64,000 nt of DNA. Origin: Escherichia phage vB_EcoM-Pr121LW. Of the stretch, positions 38,449 through 48,609 are shown piece after piece. A program made the translations under genes and the position numbers. Positions within the stretch are counted from its first letter, which is position 1, and each line of letters starts with the position of its first letter. The stretch lies in sequence record MH752840.1. One strand, given 5' to 3'. Below the pieces are notes generated by a model. That model had not been told where the DNA came from, searched no databases, and saw only the letters and a list, made by a program, of their open reading frames with translations.

Positions 38449-40516
38449 ATTTATGGCATCTGCATATAACCGTTTCGGTGAGCCAAACCCGAAAGCAACT
38501 AAGTATAAAAGTGGGGGAAGTGTGAAACGAGACTATCGTGATGAAAAAGAAGTTGAAACTGTAGAGACTGTTTTAGAAAATACTAAAATCGTCCCTGTCC
38601 CACAACAAAATATTGGTCTGATGGCTGCACAATATTTTGGTGTGCGATCAGCATTGTCCCAAGAAGACGGTGTGACAGTTACTGCAACATATTTCCCATA
38701 TTACGACCGCTACGGGAATCTGTCCGGTTTCAAAAAGCGTGACTGGACGATCCCCAAAGAGCAACGTGGGCACTTTACGACGGTTGGGATCGTAAAGGCT
38801 AACTCCCAGATGTTTGGGCAAAAGCTGTGTGCATCTTCTAACAACCGTAAGCAGATTAACGTTTGTGAGGGGGAAGGCGATGTTATTGCAGCATGGCAGG
38901 CTGCATATCAGATACAAGTAAAAGGGATTCTCACCAACGCTAAAGCCCCGGCAAAGGTGAAACAGTGGGCTAAAGAGGTCCAGGACGGGATCGATGCAGT
39001 TATCAACGGGGGTGATCTGGCAGGAAAACCCTGCCTACCTTTTGTTGGAATTAACTGTGGATGTGCAAACGCAGTAGATACTTTTGCAAACAATGAGAAA
39101 TTTATCCGTAGCTACGGAACAGTGGTCCTTGCAATGGACAACGATGCAGCTAACGAGGTAGAGAAGCAAAAACACGTTATCAAAGGTGTTGAAGCCACAC
39201 ATAATATCGCGGCATTTTTGATGGCTGATAACGTTTACCACGTGGAATACCCCAGCGAGGTAAACGATCCTGACGGTGTAAAAGATATCCGTGACATGCT
39301 GAAGGCTAAAAAGCTGGAAGATATTGTCAACATGTTCCGTCACCCAGTCAAATATGTGCCCGATGCTGTATCTGATTTAGAAGACTTCTCCATTGAATCT
39401 CTTCGTAAGAAGACTTCTAATGGCGTAGATATCAGCGCGGAGTTCCCTAAATTACAGAAGATGCTGAAAGGACTCCACAAAGGCACCTTGATGATGCTGA
39501 CAGGCCCATCTGGCGGTGGTAAAACAACTGTAGCCAAGAAACTAGAGCACTGCATTGCAAAATACTTGATGGATCCGACATGCCCTAAAGCCGATGATTA
39601 TGAAGAGGATGATCGCCTGTGTCTGATTCACCTTGAAGAGGACCCTGAGGAAGCAATTAACTCTCTGTACGCCAACCAGTTGGGGTTTGATGTTAAAGAG
39701 TTTGTTGAAGACCCTAGTCAGTTCCTGACTGATCAGGAGCATGCTGAGATTCACCAATCTTGGGCCAAGGCTGGAAAAATCAAAGTGTTCAAGCATTTTG
39801 GGTCTATTCCTGTAGATGAGTTGATCACTAAGCTTAAACAAATGGTGTGTCTGTATCACTGCCGTTACATTGTGCTGGATCACCTGTCCATGGTAATTTC
39901 AGGGCTTAATGTTAAGGATGAGCGCAAAGAACTTGACATGGCTATGACGCAACTAGCCGCGTTCTGTAAGCAGTTTAATGTATTTATCTTGGTGATCGCT
40001 CACCTGAAACGCACAGAGATTGTGCCTCCAAAGGACAAGGATGGGAATCCGTTACCTTTCTGGTATCCTGTACGAAAAGAGAACCTTCGGGGTAGTGCCG
40101 GATTGGAGCAACTTAGCTGGGTAGTTGTTGGGGTGGAGGCAGAAGAGATGGTGGATCGTTCCCGTGGACGTGTCCGACTGGTAGGTCTTAAAAACCGCCC
40201 AGCAAAAACGTTAGGCATTGCGGATACCTTAGTTATGGATCCCCACACAGGTAAGTTCCATGATGCCAGCAACTGGTACTGGGACAAAGAAATGCAGATG
40301 TTCACAGACGGCGAAGGTGGGGAAGTTGTTTGGAGACCTCAAGCTATGTTTGAGGATCAAGAGCACGCAGTTGTAGAAACACCTGTAGGTAGGGTTGTGG
40401 CTGATAAGGTTGTAACTCCTACTGTTAACCCTGTTGACACACAGGAAGACCTTCCGTATGATGATCCGTCCTCTGACCCTGTTCCTGGCTTTGAAGACGA
40501 TGAAACACCTTTTTAA
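38438..40516 (+). CDS. DNA primase-helicase (Toprim primase fused to DnaB-like helicase)
   Basis: 692 aa; Walker A LTGPSGGGKTT in C-terminal half; T7 gp4-like architecture. Confidence 0.85.
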   Translation: MGSKFMASAYNRFGEPNPKATKYKSGGSVKRDYRDEKEVETVETVLENTKIVPVPQQNIGLMAAQYFGVRSALSQEDGVTVTATYFPYYDRYGNLSGFKKRDWTIPKEQRGHFTTVGIVKANSQMFGQKLCASSNNRKQINVCEGEGDVIAAWQAAYQIQVKGILTNAKAPAKVKQWAKEVQDGIDAVINGGDLAGKPCLPFVGINCGCANAVDTFANNEKFIRSYGTVVLAMDNDAANEVEKQKHVIKGVEATHNIAAFLMADNVYHVEYPSEVNDPDGVKDIRDMLKAKKLEDIVNMFRHPVKYVPDAVSDLEDFSIESLRKKTSNGVDISAEFPKLQKMLKGLHKGTLMMLTGPSGGGKTTVAKKLEHCIAKYLMDPTCPKADDYEEDDRLCLIHLEEDPEEAINSLYANQLGFDVKEFVEDPSQFLTDQEHAEIHQSWAKAGKIKVFKHFGSIPVDELITKLKQMVCLYHCRYIVLDHLSMVISGLNVKDERKELDMAMTQLAAFCKQFNVFILVIAHLKRTEIVPPKDKDGNPLPFWYPVRKENLRGSAGLEQLSWVVVGVEAEEMVDRSRGRVRLVGLKNRPAKTLGIADTLVMDPHTGKFHDASNWYWDKEMQMFTDGEGGEVVWRPQAMFEDQEHAVVETPVGRVVADKVVTPTVNPVDTQEDLPYDDPSSDPVPGFEDDETPF

Positions 40517-40574
40517 TGTTTAACCAAGAGTGGGAGGGGTAGTACAACCGCCTCCCCTTTAAGGAGAACACTTT

Positions 40575-43352
40575 ATGAGTATGTATAGCTTCGATTTTGA
40601 GGCCTCTGGGCTTTTGGAAGATCCAGACCTTTATTATCACTGCGGCCTGTTTAAAGCGTTGAATAAGAACCGTTTTATGCTGTTCCTTCCTCTGAATGAC
40701 CGCACACACTACTCCGAGGAGGATATAGAGAAGGCTAAGAACTTTATTCTGGCAAAGAAAACTCTTTATAAGGATTTTGAAGTTCGCATAGCAGATTTTT
40801 CGGAGTTGGAAGGTTGGCTTACAGGAAATTCTGACTGGTCACCAACAGCTTTGAACTGCCATAACTGCTACAGTTATGACTTTATGCTGATGGAGAGATT
40901 GTCCGGTATTCATTTTGATATGTTCCGTGACCCTAAGTGTATGGGGACTATCAACGACCACCAGGTTAATCTGTTTGATACGTTGGCGATGAGCCGAATC
41001 TTGTGGCCTGATCGCCCTTTACCAAAAGGTTGTCCGGACTCTGTATTCAACCCGGTTACTAAGAAAATGCAGCCTGTTGGTCCTCACGGACTTATGGCAT
41101 GGGGCTACGCCCTTGGTAACCAGAAAGTTCAAATTGATGACTGGCGCGATCTTCCGTTGTGGAAGTATGTGGATCGTGTATTCGAGGACGTTATCATCCA
41201 GGAGCTGCTCTGGAAAGAGCTGGTAGCGGAATCAAAAGGTGTATTCTACGGCAAATCTGACATGCAGAACTTTATGTACGATCCTGCCAAAGAGAAGCCG
41301 AAAGGGTTCAAGAAGATCACCTGGAAGAACGCATTACGCCGAGGCATGCTGCAGCACTTCCTGATGGAACTGCAGGCCCGTCAGGGTGTGTATTTTGACA
41401 TAGATGGAGCTATTGCTTTACGTGACCGTTGCGATGCGTGGATGAAAGAAATCGCTGATCGTGTTGAACCTCAACTTCCTTTAAAAGAGTTATCAATATC
41501 TCAGCGGCCCAAGTTCCCTGAAAAGCCGTTTAACCAAGACGGGACAATCTCTAATAATGGTTGGAAATGGTTAAAAGATAAGCTTGGCTATCCTGTAGAC
41601 ATGAGCGCTTTAGATTTCAAATCCCCGCCTAAGCGAGCATTTACCTCTACAGGAGATGTCAGCAAGATGGGGATAAAATGGTGTGAAGAGATGGGCTGCA
41701 AAGACCCCGATAAGATGGCTGATTTCTTGAGAGGCTATATTAAGGGCACTTCCACACCTCACCCTTTGCCTAAAGAGCTGATGGATCAGGCAATAAGTGA
41801 TCTACAGCAGAAGCGAATGCCGGACTGCAAGATACCTATGAAAATCAGCAATCAGGACGACATTAAGCGGTATCTGATCAGTGCTGGCTGGCTACCGACA
41901 ATGTGGAGAACTAAGGATGTAACTAAAGATAGCAAGAAGAAAGCTCTACCTGATGCGGATGTTGATGCACGAGTATATGCATATATGGACGAGCTTTTAG
42001 AGTCAGAGTATTGTGACCTGATTATCAACTTCTGGAACAAAACTGATGCCAAGTTCCAGACAACTGTGCACAAGTTCCGAAGCTTTCCTAACTCTGAAAG
42101 GATTAAAAAGGAAGTATTCGGGAAAATACGTAGAAAAGCCAGAGCACTTATTACTTCTCCGCAACTGAAAGATACGTTTGGACACCTGTGTCCGAATCTT
42201 GAAAAATTGAACGGAGAGATGGCTAAAGATATCGTCTTGTGGTTATCATTGCGAAACCGCAGATCAGTCCTTGACCCAATCAAGGAGGATAAGGTTGATA
42301 CTGGTCTTCTTAATCACCCACGTTTGAAGATTGACCATAAGCTTCCTGCTAAAAGCTCTGGATTAACAAACACTTCCAGACAGAAACACAGTATTTGTGC
42401 AAACATGCCTAAACCATCCCCCAAAGTGGTTATGGGTAAAGAGATGCGCAGTCTGTGGGGTGTTCCTCCTGGATACTTTCAGATCGGTATTGACGGGTCC
42501 AACTTAGAGCAGCTTATCGGGGCTTGGGGTGCCTTTGAGTTCGACAACGGCTTGTATTATGATGTTGTAAGTAACGGGGACGCACACCAAAACAATGCTG
42601 AGGCATATACAAAAGTAGCAGGCAGAGAGGTGTCTCGTAACGACGGTAAACCTATCACGTATGGGGTTATGTACGGGGCACAAAAAGATAAAGTTGCAGA
42701 TATGCTGGACATCTCTCCAGAGTTGGGACAAAGGGTAATCGATGCACTCTGGGATGCCAACCCTGGTCTCAAGGGGCGCAAAGAGGATCTGGAGAAATTC
42801 TGGGAAGCAACTGGTAAGAAGTTTATCTACTCTTTTGATGGTCATGCTATCTGGACCAGATCTAAACACTCTTTACTTAATGCATACCAACAGAATGGTG
42901 GTGCATCGCTGTGTGACTTAGTTGGGATACTTATGCACCACCAGATGGTGAAGCGTGGGTGGTACGATGAAGGTGTTCGTCGTATTATCTATTACCATGA
43001 TGAGTACCAACTTCAGGTCCCTGACACTCCTAAGTATAAGACTGTGTACACCTTCGACACAATTGAAGAACTGGAAGCATTTAAGGCAGAGCAGGAGGCC
43101 AAACTTCATGTGTTCGACGGTCATAAGTACAAAAAGGCACGCAAGGATGAGGACGGAAACGAAGTGGTTGACAGAGACGGAAACACGGTGTACGATCCTA
43201 TCCTGAACGATGACGGAAAGCTTGAACTTATCTGGAGCCCTGTGGGTGAAATGGTGGTGCATTGCTTCTGGCAAGCTTCTAAAATGATGGGAGTCCCGTT
43301 CCAGATCACAGGTGAATACTTGTGTGGTCGTAACTGGGGTGATTGTCACTAA
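40575..43352 (+). CDS. family A DNA polymerase with 3'-5' exonuclease domain
   Basis: 925 aa; Exo I FDFEASGL; motif A-like IGIDGSNLEQ; motif B K…YGVMYGAQ; motif C YYHDEYQ. Confidence 0.9.
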   Translation: MSMYSFDFEASGLLEDPDLYYHCGLFKALNKNRFMLFLPLNDRTHYSEEDIEKAKNFILAKKTLYKDFEVRIADFSELEGWLTGNSDWSPTALNCHNCYSYDFMLMERLSGIHFDMFRDPKCMGTINDHQVNLFDTLAMSRILWPDRPLPKGCPDSVFNPVTKKMQPVGPHGLMAWGYALGNQKVQIDDWRDLPLWKYVDRVFEDVIIQELLWKELVAESKGVFYGKSDMQNFMYDPAKEKPKGFKKITWKNALRRGMLQHFLMELQARQGVYFDIDGAIALRDRCDAWMKEIADRVEPQLPLKELSISQRPKFPEKPFNQDGTISNNGWKWLKDKLGYPVDMSALDFKSPPKRAFTSTGDVSKMGIKWCEEMGCKDPDKMADFLRGYIKGTSTPHPLPKELMDQAISDLQQKRMPDCKIPMKISNQDDIKRYLISAGWLPTMWRTKDVTKDSKKKALPDADVDARVYAYMDELLESEYCDLIINFWNKTDAKFQTTVHKFRSFPNSERIKKEVFGKIRRKARALITSPQLKDTFGHLCPNLEKLNGEMAKDIVLWLSLRNRRSVLDPIKEDKVDTGLLNHPRLKIDHKLPAKSSGLTNTSRQKHSICANMPKPSPKVVMGKEMRSLWGVPPGYFQIGIDGSNLEQLIGAWGAFEFDNGLYYDVVSNGDAHQNNAEAYTKVAGREVSRNDGKPITYGVMYGAQKDKVADMLDISPELGQRVIDALWDANPGLKGRKEDLEKFWEATGKKFIYSFDGHAIWTRSKHSLLNAYQQNGGASLCDLVGILMHHQMVKRGWYDEGVRRIIYYHDEYQLQVPDTPKYKTVYTFDTIEELEAFKAEQEAKLHVFDGHKYKKARKDEDGNEVVDRDGNTVYDPILNDDGKLELIWSPVGEMVVHCFWQASKMMGVPFQITGEYLCGRNWGDCH

Positions 43353-43401
43353 TGTAAACTATCAGCACAGGGAGGTGCTGTCAAGCAAAGAGGAAACTTT
43401 T

Positions 43402-43686
43402 ATGGTAGTAGAACCAACAAAAACATTTACATCCATGACTATTCCTGTTATTATGCAGGTGGAGTGTGTTCAGGTATCTCAAGTGTGGCCTGGCACCAAA
43501 ATCCCAACAGGGCCTGATTTCTTTCAGGTTGGGAAAGTGTACAATGTCTGGAAGGCACCAGATTGTTACCCTTTCATTAAAGATGACCGTGGGATGCTGT
43601 GGTACCTTGGAAATGACTTGACACTGCACCTTGGGAATACTATTATTGCAGTATTCAGACTTAACAAGAAGGAGACCGATCAATGA
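43402..43686 (+). CDS. small protein, paralogue family member 1
   Basis: ORF track 43312 overlaps pol; ATG 43402 with AGAGGA SD; motif IKDDRGMLWY. Confidence 0.5.
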   Translation: MVVEPTKTFTSMTIPVIMQVECVQVSQVWPGTKIPTGPDFFQVGKVYNVWKAPDCYPFIKDDRGMLWYLGNDLTLHLGNTIIAVFRLNKKETDQ

Positions 43687-43910
43687 CGACTTTGGTTAAA
43701 GCTACCTTTGTAGAAGAAAAGATGACAGACCTGTCATTCTTTAAAGAAGGAAAGACCTACGAGGTTTATTACGATAAAGCTCGTGCAAACAAAATGATTA
43801 AAGACGAGGAAGGGGTTGCCTGGTATATCTCTCACCTGGCAAACGGTGAGTATCATATCTACGGGACCACTTTGCTTGCCAAGTTTGTAGTTGTTGAAGA
43901 GGACCTATGA
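43683..43910 (+). CDS. small protein, paralogue family member 2
   Basis: 75 aa; motif IKDEEGVAWY. Confidence 0.5.
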   Translation: MTTLVKATFVEEKMTDLSFFKEGKTYEVYYDKARANKMIKDEEGVAWYISHLANGEYHIYGTTLLAKFVVVEEDL

Positions 43911-44101
43911 AAGCAAAGTATCTTGCTGAAGGTATGAATAGGTATTTTACCCTTGGTGAAGAATATTGGCCCTTTACAAACAACGGCGATGTCTACGTGA
44001 AAGATAATTTCGGCACGCCGTGGTTTCTGCACTCTAATGGGCTGGGATACTCTATTTACTGCGGTGCAGTGAACAACACAACTCTTGCAGAGTTCGTTTA
44101 G
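43907..44101 (+). CDS. small protein, paralogue family member 3
   Basis: 64 aa; motif VKDNFGTPWF. Confidence 0.5.
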   Translation: MKAKYLAEGMNRYFTLGEEYWPFTNNGDVYVKDNFGTPWFLHSNGLGYSIYCGAVNNTTLAEFV

Positions 44102-44111
44102 AGGAGGTAGG

Positions 44112-44483
44112 ATGCTAGTAAAAGGTACCCACACAGTCAAACAACGTATTGAAGTTGAGATTGATGACTGTGAGCTGAAGCATATTTTACGGTCATGCTC
44201 CAACGTTTTGCTCCTTAGTATTCTTCAGGAGCGAGCGGAGAACGAGTTCTTAAATGCATTGGCAGGCCGTCCAGGTGACTTTTGTGTGCGTAAGCGTGGT
44301 GACAACAAGTCATGGTTGTGGGAAATCGATGCCGACTGGGATTACCACAAAAATGAGGGCATAGATGAGCCTATTCGTGAACTGACGGACAAAGAGATTC
44401 AGATGTACAATGAAGTTTGTCATTGGGCAACACGCCAACAAATTTACCTAGACCCTGTGTGGCTGATTGAAAATAGCCATTGA
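44112..44483 (+). CDS. hypothetical protein
   Basis: ORF track 44085; ATG 44112 after AGAGGAGG. Confidence 0.5.
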   Translation: MLVKGTHTVKQRIEVEIDDCELKHILRSCSNVLLLSILQERAENEFLNALAGRPGDFCVRKRGDNKSWLWEIDADWDYHKNEGIDEPIRELTDKEIQMYNEVCHWATRQQIYLDPVWLIENSH

Positions 44484-44559
44484 CAAGAAGTAAGATTAGA
44501 TATAAGATGCTTCACACAAACAAAGCGTTGATTTTTAAATAACTAAGGAGACTGCCAAG

Positions 44560-44814
44560 ATGAAAATTACTTTGAAGCCAGAATGCGTTGCAAATGACCG
44601 AGCTTTTAAAGATTGCACAGTCGGTGCAATCTATGAAGCAGAGTTTTGTGAGAACCCTCTGGTAAAAGCCCTTCTGGAAGAAGGGGCCCCTTTATCACAA
44701 GAAGAGATTGATGAGCTGGAAAACTCAGCACAGTGCCTTACCTTTAAAGATGATGAAGGAGACTCTGTCTGGTGCACTGTTAATGAGGTAGTTTTTGTAA
44801 AACCTGAACATTAA
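44560..44814 (+). CDS. small protein, paralogue family member 4
   Basis: 84 aa; motif FKDDEGDSVWC; AAGGAG SD. Confidence 0.5.
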   Translation: MKITLKPECVANDRAFKDCTVGAIYEAEFCENPLVKALLEEGAPLSQEEIDELENSAQCLTFKDDEGDSVWCTVNEVVFVKPEH

Positions 44815-44817
44815 TAC

Positions 44818-44846
44818 TTGACAACAGTGATAGGGCCTAATATAAT
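44818..44846 (+). promoter_or_regulatory. sigma70 promoter TTGACA-17-TATAAT with -10 inside a 9-bp-arm palindrome
   Basis: -35 at 44818-44823, -10 at 44841-44846; palindrome GATAGGGCC-N9-GGCCCTATC at 44829-44855. Confidence 0.65.
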
Positions 44847-44877
44847 GGCCCTATCAAAACGAAAGGGGACCACAGCA

Positions 44878-45150
44878 ATGACCAAACAATATCAACGAAT
44901 TAAAGCCAAGGTTAAGCCAGACTATCTGGAGAAAGACTCTGCTTTTCGGGACTGCACAGCCGACAAAGTTTACACAGGGGCCGTCCTGTTGAACGATGAA
45001 CTTGAAGTAGATATTCTGGGTAAAGAGGCCACTATTAAGGACGACCAAGGCGATTATGTTTGCTGCACCACACGTGAGCTAGAAATCTTAGAATACTTCG
45101 GTGAAATCTTCACCTCTCTTGATGATTACTTAGATGATGAGGAAGCGTGA
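44878..45150 (+). CDS. small protein, paralogue family member 5
   Basis: ORF track 44818 would include the promoter; ATG 44878 preferred; motif IKDDQGDYVCC. Confidence 0.5.
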   Translation: MTKQYQRIKAKVKPDYLEKDSAFRDCTADKVYTGAVLLNDELEVDILGKEATIKDDQGDYVCCTTRELEILEYFGEIFTSLDDYLDDEEA

Positions 45151-45539
45151 TGAAAAATATTTGGGATATCAATATCTTTGAAGCCTCTAAGCTTGATGGT
45201 GCTGATGGAGTGATTATGGTATCTGATGGCAAGGCAACACTAACTTCCGGAGATATCATCTATGCCTTGGACGAGCTGGCGCTTCTGAAATCTACCGGTA
45301 ACACTCTAGAGGAGCGTCTTCAAGGCTTCGCCTTCAAAGAAGGTACAAATACAGCCATGATGTGCACCACACGGACAGTTCAGATGGGTAACGGTGTCTA
45401 TATGATTATTGCTGTGTGTCCTAAATTCAGCAACGTCAACAAAGATGATGCTGACGCGGTGAACGATGTGGTTGTTCTCTTCGTGGGTGACGCTATGGCA
45501 GATCTGATGAATGCAGGGGAAGCAGCAAATGAAGACTGA
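45147..45539 (+). CDS. hypothetical protein
   Basis: 130 aa. Confidence 0.5.
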   Translation: MMKNIWDINIFEASKLDGADGVIMVSDGKATLTSGDIIYALDELALLKSTGNTLEERLQGFAFKEGTNTAMMCTTRTVQMGNGVYMIIAVCPKFSNVNKDDADAVNDVVVLFVGDAMADLMNAGEAANED

Positions 45540-45831
45540 AAACATCACCCCAGCAGGGTTCTTAAAAGTATACCGTGAACTGCTGTATACTACAGAGGAC
45601 AGTGTTCTAGAGTATCCAGAATATCTCTTGCTGTATAAGTATCTGCAGGAGGCTGGTGAAAATCTGCCAGTTAGTGCAGAAGGCGGTCCGAACTGGGTAT
45701 ACAGCGCATGGAGAAAGGTTGACATTATCCCAGACCCAGGCAAAGATATGGTAGTTTGGCAGCTTATCAACAACATCGGGATTCCAATCTTTGATGAAGC
45801 TGTTAAAATCTATTTTGAACTTGACGATTAA
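45529..45831 (+). CDS. hypothetical protein
   Basis: ORF track 45511; ATG 45529 preferred. Confidence 0.45.
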   Translation: MKTENITPAGFLKVYRELLYTTEDSVLEYPEYLLLYKYLQEAGENLPVSAEGGPNWVYSAWRKVDIIPDPGKDMVVWQLINNIGIPIFDEAVKIYFELDD

Positions 45832-45848
45832 TATCAGGAGACCTTAAG

Positions 45849-46094
45849 ATGACTGAAGTAGTTGCTCGCGCAGGACAGAAAGTACGTTGTGTTGAAGTAG
45901 GTTTTGGTGGCAAAGGGTGTCAAAACTTGACTCAAGGTAAGGAATACGCTGTTATCTCTGGTGGTGGCGACGAAAGTATTGTGTTCGAGGGCCACATCCT
46001 GGATGCTGAAAACTTTGAAATCTTTGACGACGATGGGGATCCGATCACCTGCCTGCTGGACGGGAATTGGGGAACTTTCGAAGTGATTGGCTAA
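45849..46094 (+). CDS. small protein, paralogue family member 6
   Basis: 81 aa; motif FDDDGDPITC. Confidence 0.5.
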   Translation: MTEVVARAGQKVRCVEVGFGGKGCQNLTQGKEYAVISGGGDESIVFEGHILDAENFEIFDDDGDPITCLLDGNWGTFEVIG

Positions 46095-46104
46095 CAAATA
46101 CCTA

Positions 46105-46133
46105 TTGTAATTTACAGAAGGGGATGCTAAAAT
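46105..46133 (+). promoter_or_regulatory. candidate promoter TTGTAA-17-TAAAAT
   Basis: -35 at 46105-46110, -10 at 46128-46133; upstream of ATG 46178. Confidence 0.4.
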
Positions 46134-46177
46134 AGTGTCTCCTTCTATGTTGTTCAAATAAAATCGGAGATTCCATA

Positions 46178-46543
46178 ATGGAACAAATGAACGATCAAGA
46201 GTCGGTTGCGATGAACGAGCAAGAACAACCTCAAGAATTTTTCTTAGGGTTAAGTAAAGATCAAGTGTCTCTTTTGCTAGTGCTTTCTTCTTTCATGGGA
46301 AGACTTCAGGAGCTCACACAACAACCGGAGGCTGAACAATTATTTCAGGCTCTGCGTGAAGAAGAAAAATATCGTCGTTTGGACTATGCCTTAGGTTGGG
46401 TAGCTCAACAACGAGATATGCTAATGGCCCTCTCTGGGACCACAAGTTTTGCAATGGGCCTATTGGCTCAAGTTCAGGACAAATTAATTCAAGCAGGGTT
46501 TGCACACACGGCAAACACTAACGAAGAACAAGGAGACAAATAA
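46178..46543 (+). CDS. hypothetical protein
   Basis: 121 aa; Gln/Glu-rich. Confidence 0.5.
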   Translation: MEQMNDQESVAMNEQEQPQEFFLGLSKDQVSLLLVLSSFMGRLQELTQQPEAEQLFQALREEEKYRRLDYALGWVAQQRDMLMALSGTTSFAMGLLAQVQDKLIQAGFAHTANTNEEQGDK

Positions 46544-47769
46544 TGAGCGTTATTCAACAATTTGCTAACCCGATGAATCCGCGTGAAACTGTTTTACTGG
46601 CTCACGGTATGATCAAGCGTGTTAGCATCAAACCTATTAAAGGAGCTGATCCTGCAACAGGTATTAAAACCACCGTGTGGCAAGGTAAGAAAATTGAATC
46701 CAGCCACACCATCTCTTTACTGATTTCTGAACTGGATTCCTCTGATAACCTACTTCAAGGCGGTGAAGAAGTCTGGATCAGCATGGGTGATAAGCTGCTT
46801 AAACCTGGCCATCAAGACTCTGTCTCTGTTAAGATTGATGACAAGTGGGAAACCGTAACGCCAGGATGGATCGTAAATATTCCTTTGAAGGCAAACGAGC
46901 ATAACGGTAAGACCTATTACAAAGGCTCACTGGCTAAGATGGTCAAGCTGGGTGCAGGAGAGGCTCCAGCAGCGACTCAGCAGCAAAAACAGCAACAAGG
47001 TGCACAATCACAAGGCCAGAAGCAGAAACCTCAGCAGAATGCCAATCAGGACGTTTTACGCATCTATGGCGATGTGACTCAGATTGTTGGCAACGTGGTT
47101 ACTGTTAATGACCACAAGATCGGCGAAGGTGCTATGGTTGTCACGGATGAGCAGCTTAAAGACCTGGTGGTAGGTGGTCGTGTTGCAGCCATTGTTGACA
47201 AAGACACCGGAAACATTATCAGTGGTTTCAAAGCCTATCCACCTAAGGCAGAGAACGGCACCCAAGGTTCTGGTGGCAAGCGTAAATCCTCTTACGACCC
47301 TATTGGTGTGGAGACTGGGCATAGCATCAATGCGTTGCAAATCATCCTGGATCGCGGGTTTAAGGTAGACGACCCACTAGGTGTGGCTAAAGCACTGCAC
47401 GTAGTCACCATTGAGCTTAAGAAAGAGTATGCTCAAGCCACCAACCGAACTGAAGATGAAGTAGGTGCCAGTGTCGGTAATGCGGTGTTGAACGCTTGTC
47501 GCCGTATTGACAAGAAAACGAAAGTTGATGATTTTGCAGCGGCAATTACTGCAGAAGCAAAAGATGTGTTGACTAATCTGGCTGAGCCGTTGTACGATTG
47601 GATCAAGAACGGTGCTGGGTCAACTGACCATCAAGAACCTCAGGCTGCCAAACAGGAAGCAGCTCCACAGCAAAACACTGTAGACGCTCCTCCTGTAAAT
47701 GATGGGGAAGACGACCCGATGGATCAGAATCCAGCACAGTACGCCTTTGATGATGACATCCCCTTCTAA
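46543..47769 (+). CDS. ssDNA-binding protein-like, C-terminus DDDIPF
   Basis: 408 aa; Gln-rich linker; acidic C-terminal tail ending FDDDIPF as in bacterial SSB; replication-module context. Confidence 0.5.
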   Translation: MSVIQQFANPMNPRETVLLAHGMIKRVSIKPIKGADPATGIKTTVWQGKKIESSHTISLLISELDSSDNLLQGGEEVWISMGDKLLKPGHQDSVSVKIDDKWETVTPGWIVNIPLKANEHNGKTYYKGSLAKMVKLGAGEAPAATQQQKQQQGAQSQGQKQKPQQNANQDVLRIYGDVTQIVGNVVTVNDHKIGEGAMVVTDEQLKDLVVGGRVAAIVDKDTGNIISGFKAYPPKAENGTQGSGGKRKSSYDPIGVETGHSINALQIILDRGFKVDDPLGVAKALHVVTIELKKEYAQATNRTEDEVGASVGNAVLNACRRIDKKTKVDDFAAAITAEAKDVLTNLAEPLYDWIKNGAGSTDHQEPQAAKQEAAPQQNTVDAPPVNDGEDDPMDQNPAQYAFDDDIPF

Positions 47770-47784
47770 CATCTAGTTAACATA

Positions 47785-47814
47785 GCCCTGCCCGAAAGGG
47801 TGGGGCATTTTTGT
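47785..47814 (+). terminator. rho-independent terminator GCCCTGCCC-GAAA-GGGTGGGGC plus T-run
   Basis: Second copy of the 37639 terminator hairpin, followed by ATTTTTGT. Confidence 0.7.
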
Positions 47815-47831
47815 ATAAGGAGATCTGAAAA

Positions 47832-48248
47832 ATGACATTAGAAGATATCATTGTTAAACCTGAGAACTATGACCAATACAACCTGTCAACTCAATCTGTA
47901 GACCTTGGATGCGCCACAGTCAGTGCGTGGCTGGTTAACGGAAAAGAGCTGGACAAGTGCTTAGAAGCTCACATGTCTGTTAACAAGTTTCTGGATGAAA
48001 ATACTCACTGGCTTGAGGGTGCTGGAGTATATGCTTCATGGTTGGAGAGCATGGGCTTTGACTATCAATCTGATGAAGGGTGGTGGAGCTATCTAGCTAT
48101 CTGTCCAGAAACACTGCAATGCTTCATGAAATATTCTGAAGATTTGGAGTACCGGGCGGTGGTTGATAGTGCTATTGCCCGTTATAGCCGTAAACCTTTT
48201 TCCCACGACATTAAAACTGTGGAAGAGTTTGTTGAAGTTTTCTGTTGA
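47832..48248 (+). CDS. hypothetical protein
   Basis: 138 aa; AAGGAG SD. Confidence 0.5.
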   Translation: MTLEDIIVKPENYDQYNLSTQSVDLGCATVSAWLVNGKELDKCLEAHMSVNKFLDENTHWLEGAGVYASWLESMGFDYQSDEGWWSYLAICPETLQCFMKYSEDLEYRAVVDSAIARYSRKPFSHDIKTVEEFVEVFC

Positions 48249-48343
48249 CACAGGTTGAAAGGTGTGCAATTATAACTTCATAGACTGGAGGACGTGATGA
48301 ACGAAGAAAACTGGGATGTATAACTAACAGGAGGCCACTGCCC

Positions 48344-48541
48344 ATGATTTATCGAATCCGTGTAAGAGAAGATGCACCAGGCTGTTACTTTGACTGGCGT
48401 GGGTGGTGGTTTCTCCACCCAATGGATGGACTCACAGATAGAATGCTGGATGCTGCCTTTTATACAGATACCGACATAGAATATAATCTCTATCTGAAAG
48501 ACGGTATAGATAACGGCCTGTTTGAAGCAATTCCTGTGTAA
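48344..48541 (+). CDS. hypothetical protein
   Basis: 65 aa; AGGAGG SD. Confidence 0.45.
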   Translation: MIYRIRVREDAPGCYFDWRGWWFLHPMDGLTDRMLDAAFYTDTDIEYNLYLKDGIDNGLFEAIPV

Positions 48542-48609
48542 GAGACTGTGATAGCTATGTTTTATGATCTTCCTGTAGCACCACCACCTGTTGAACCCGG
48601 AGAACTAAG

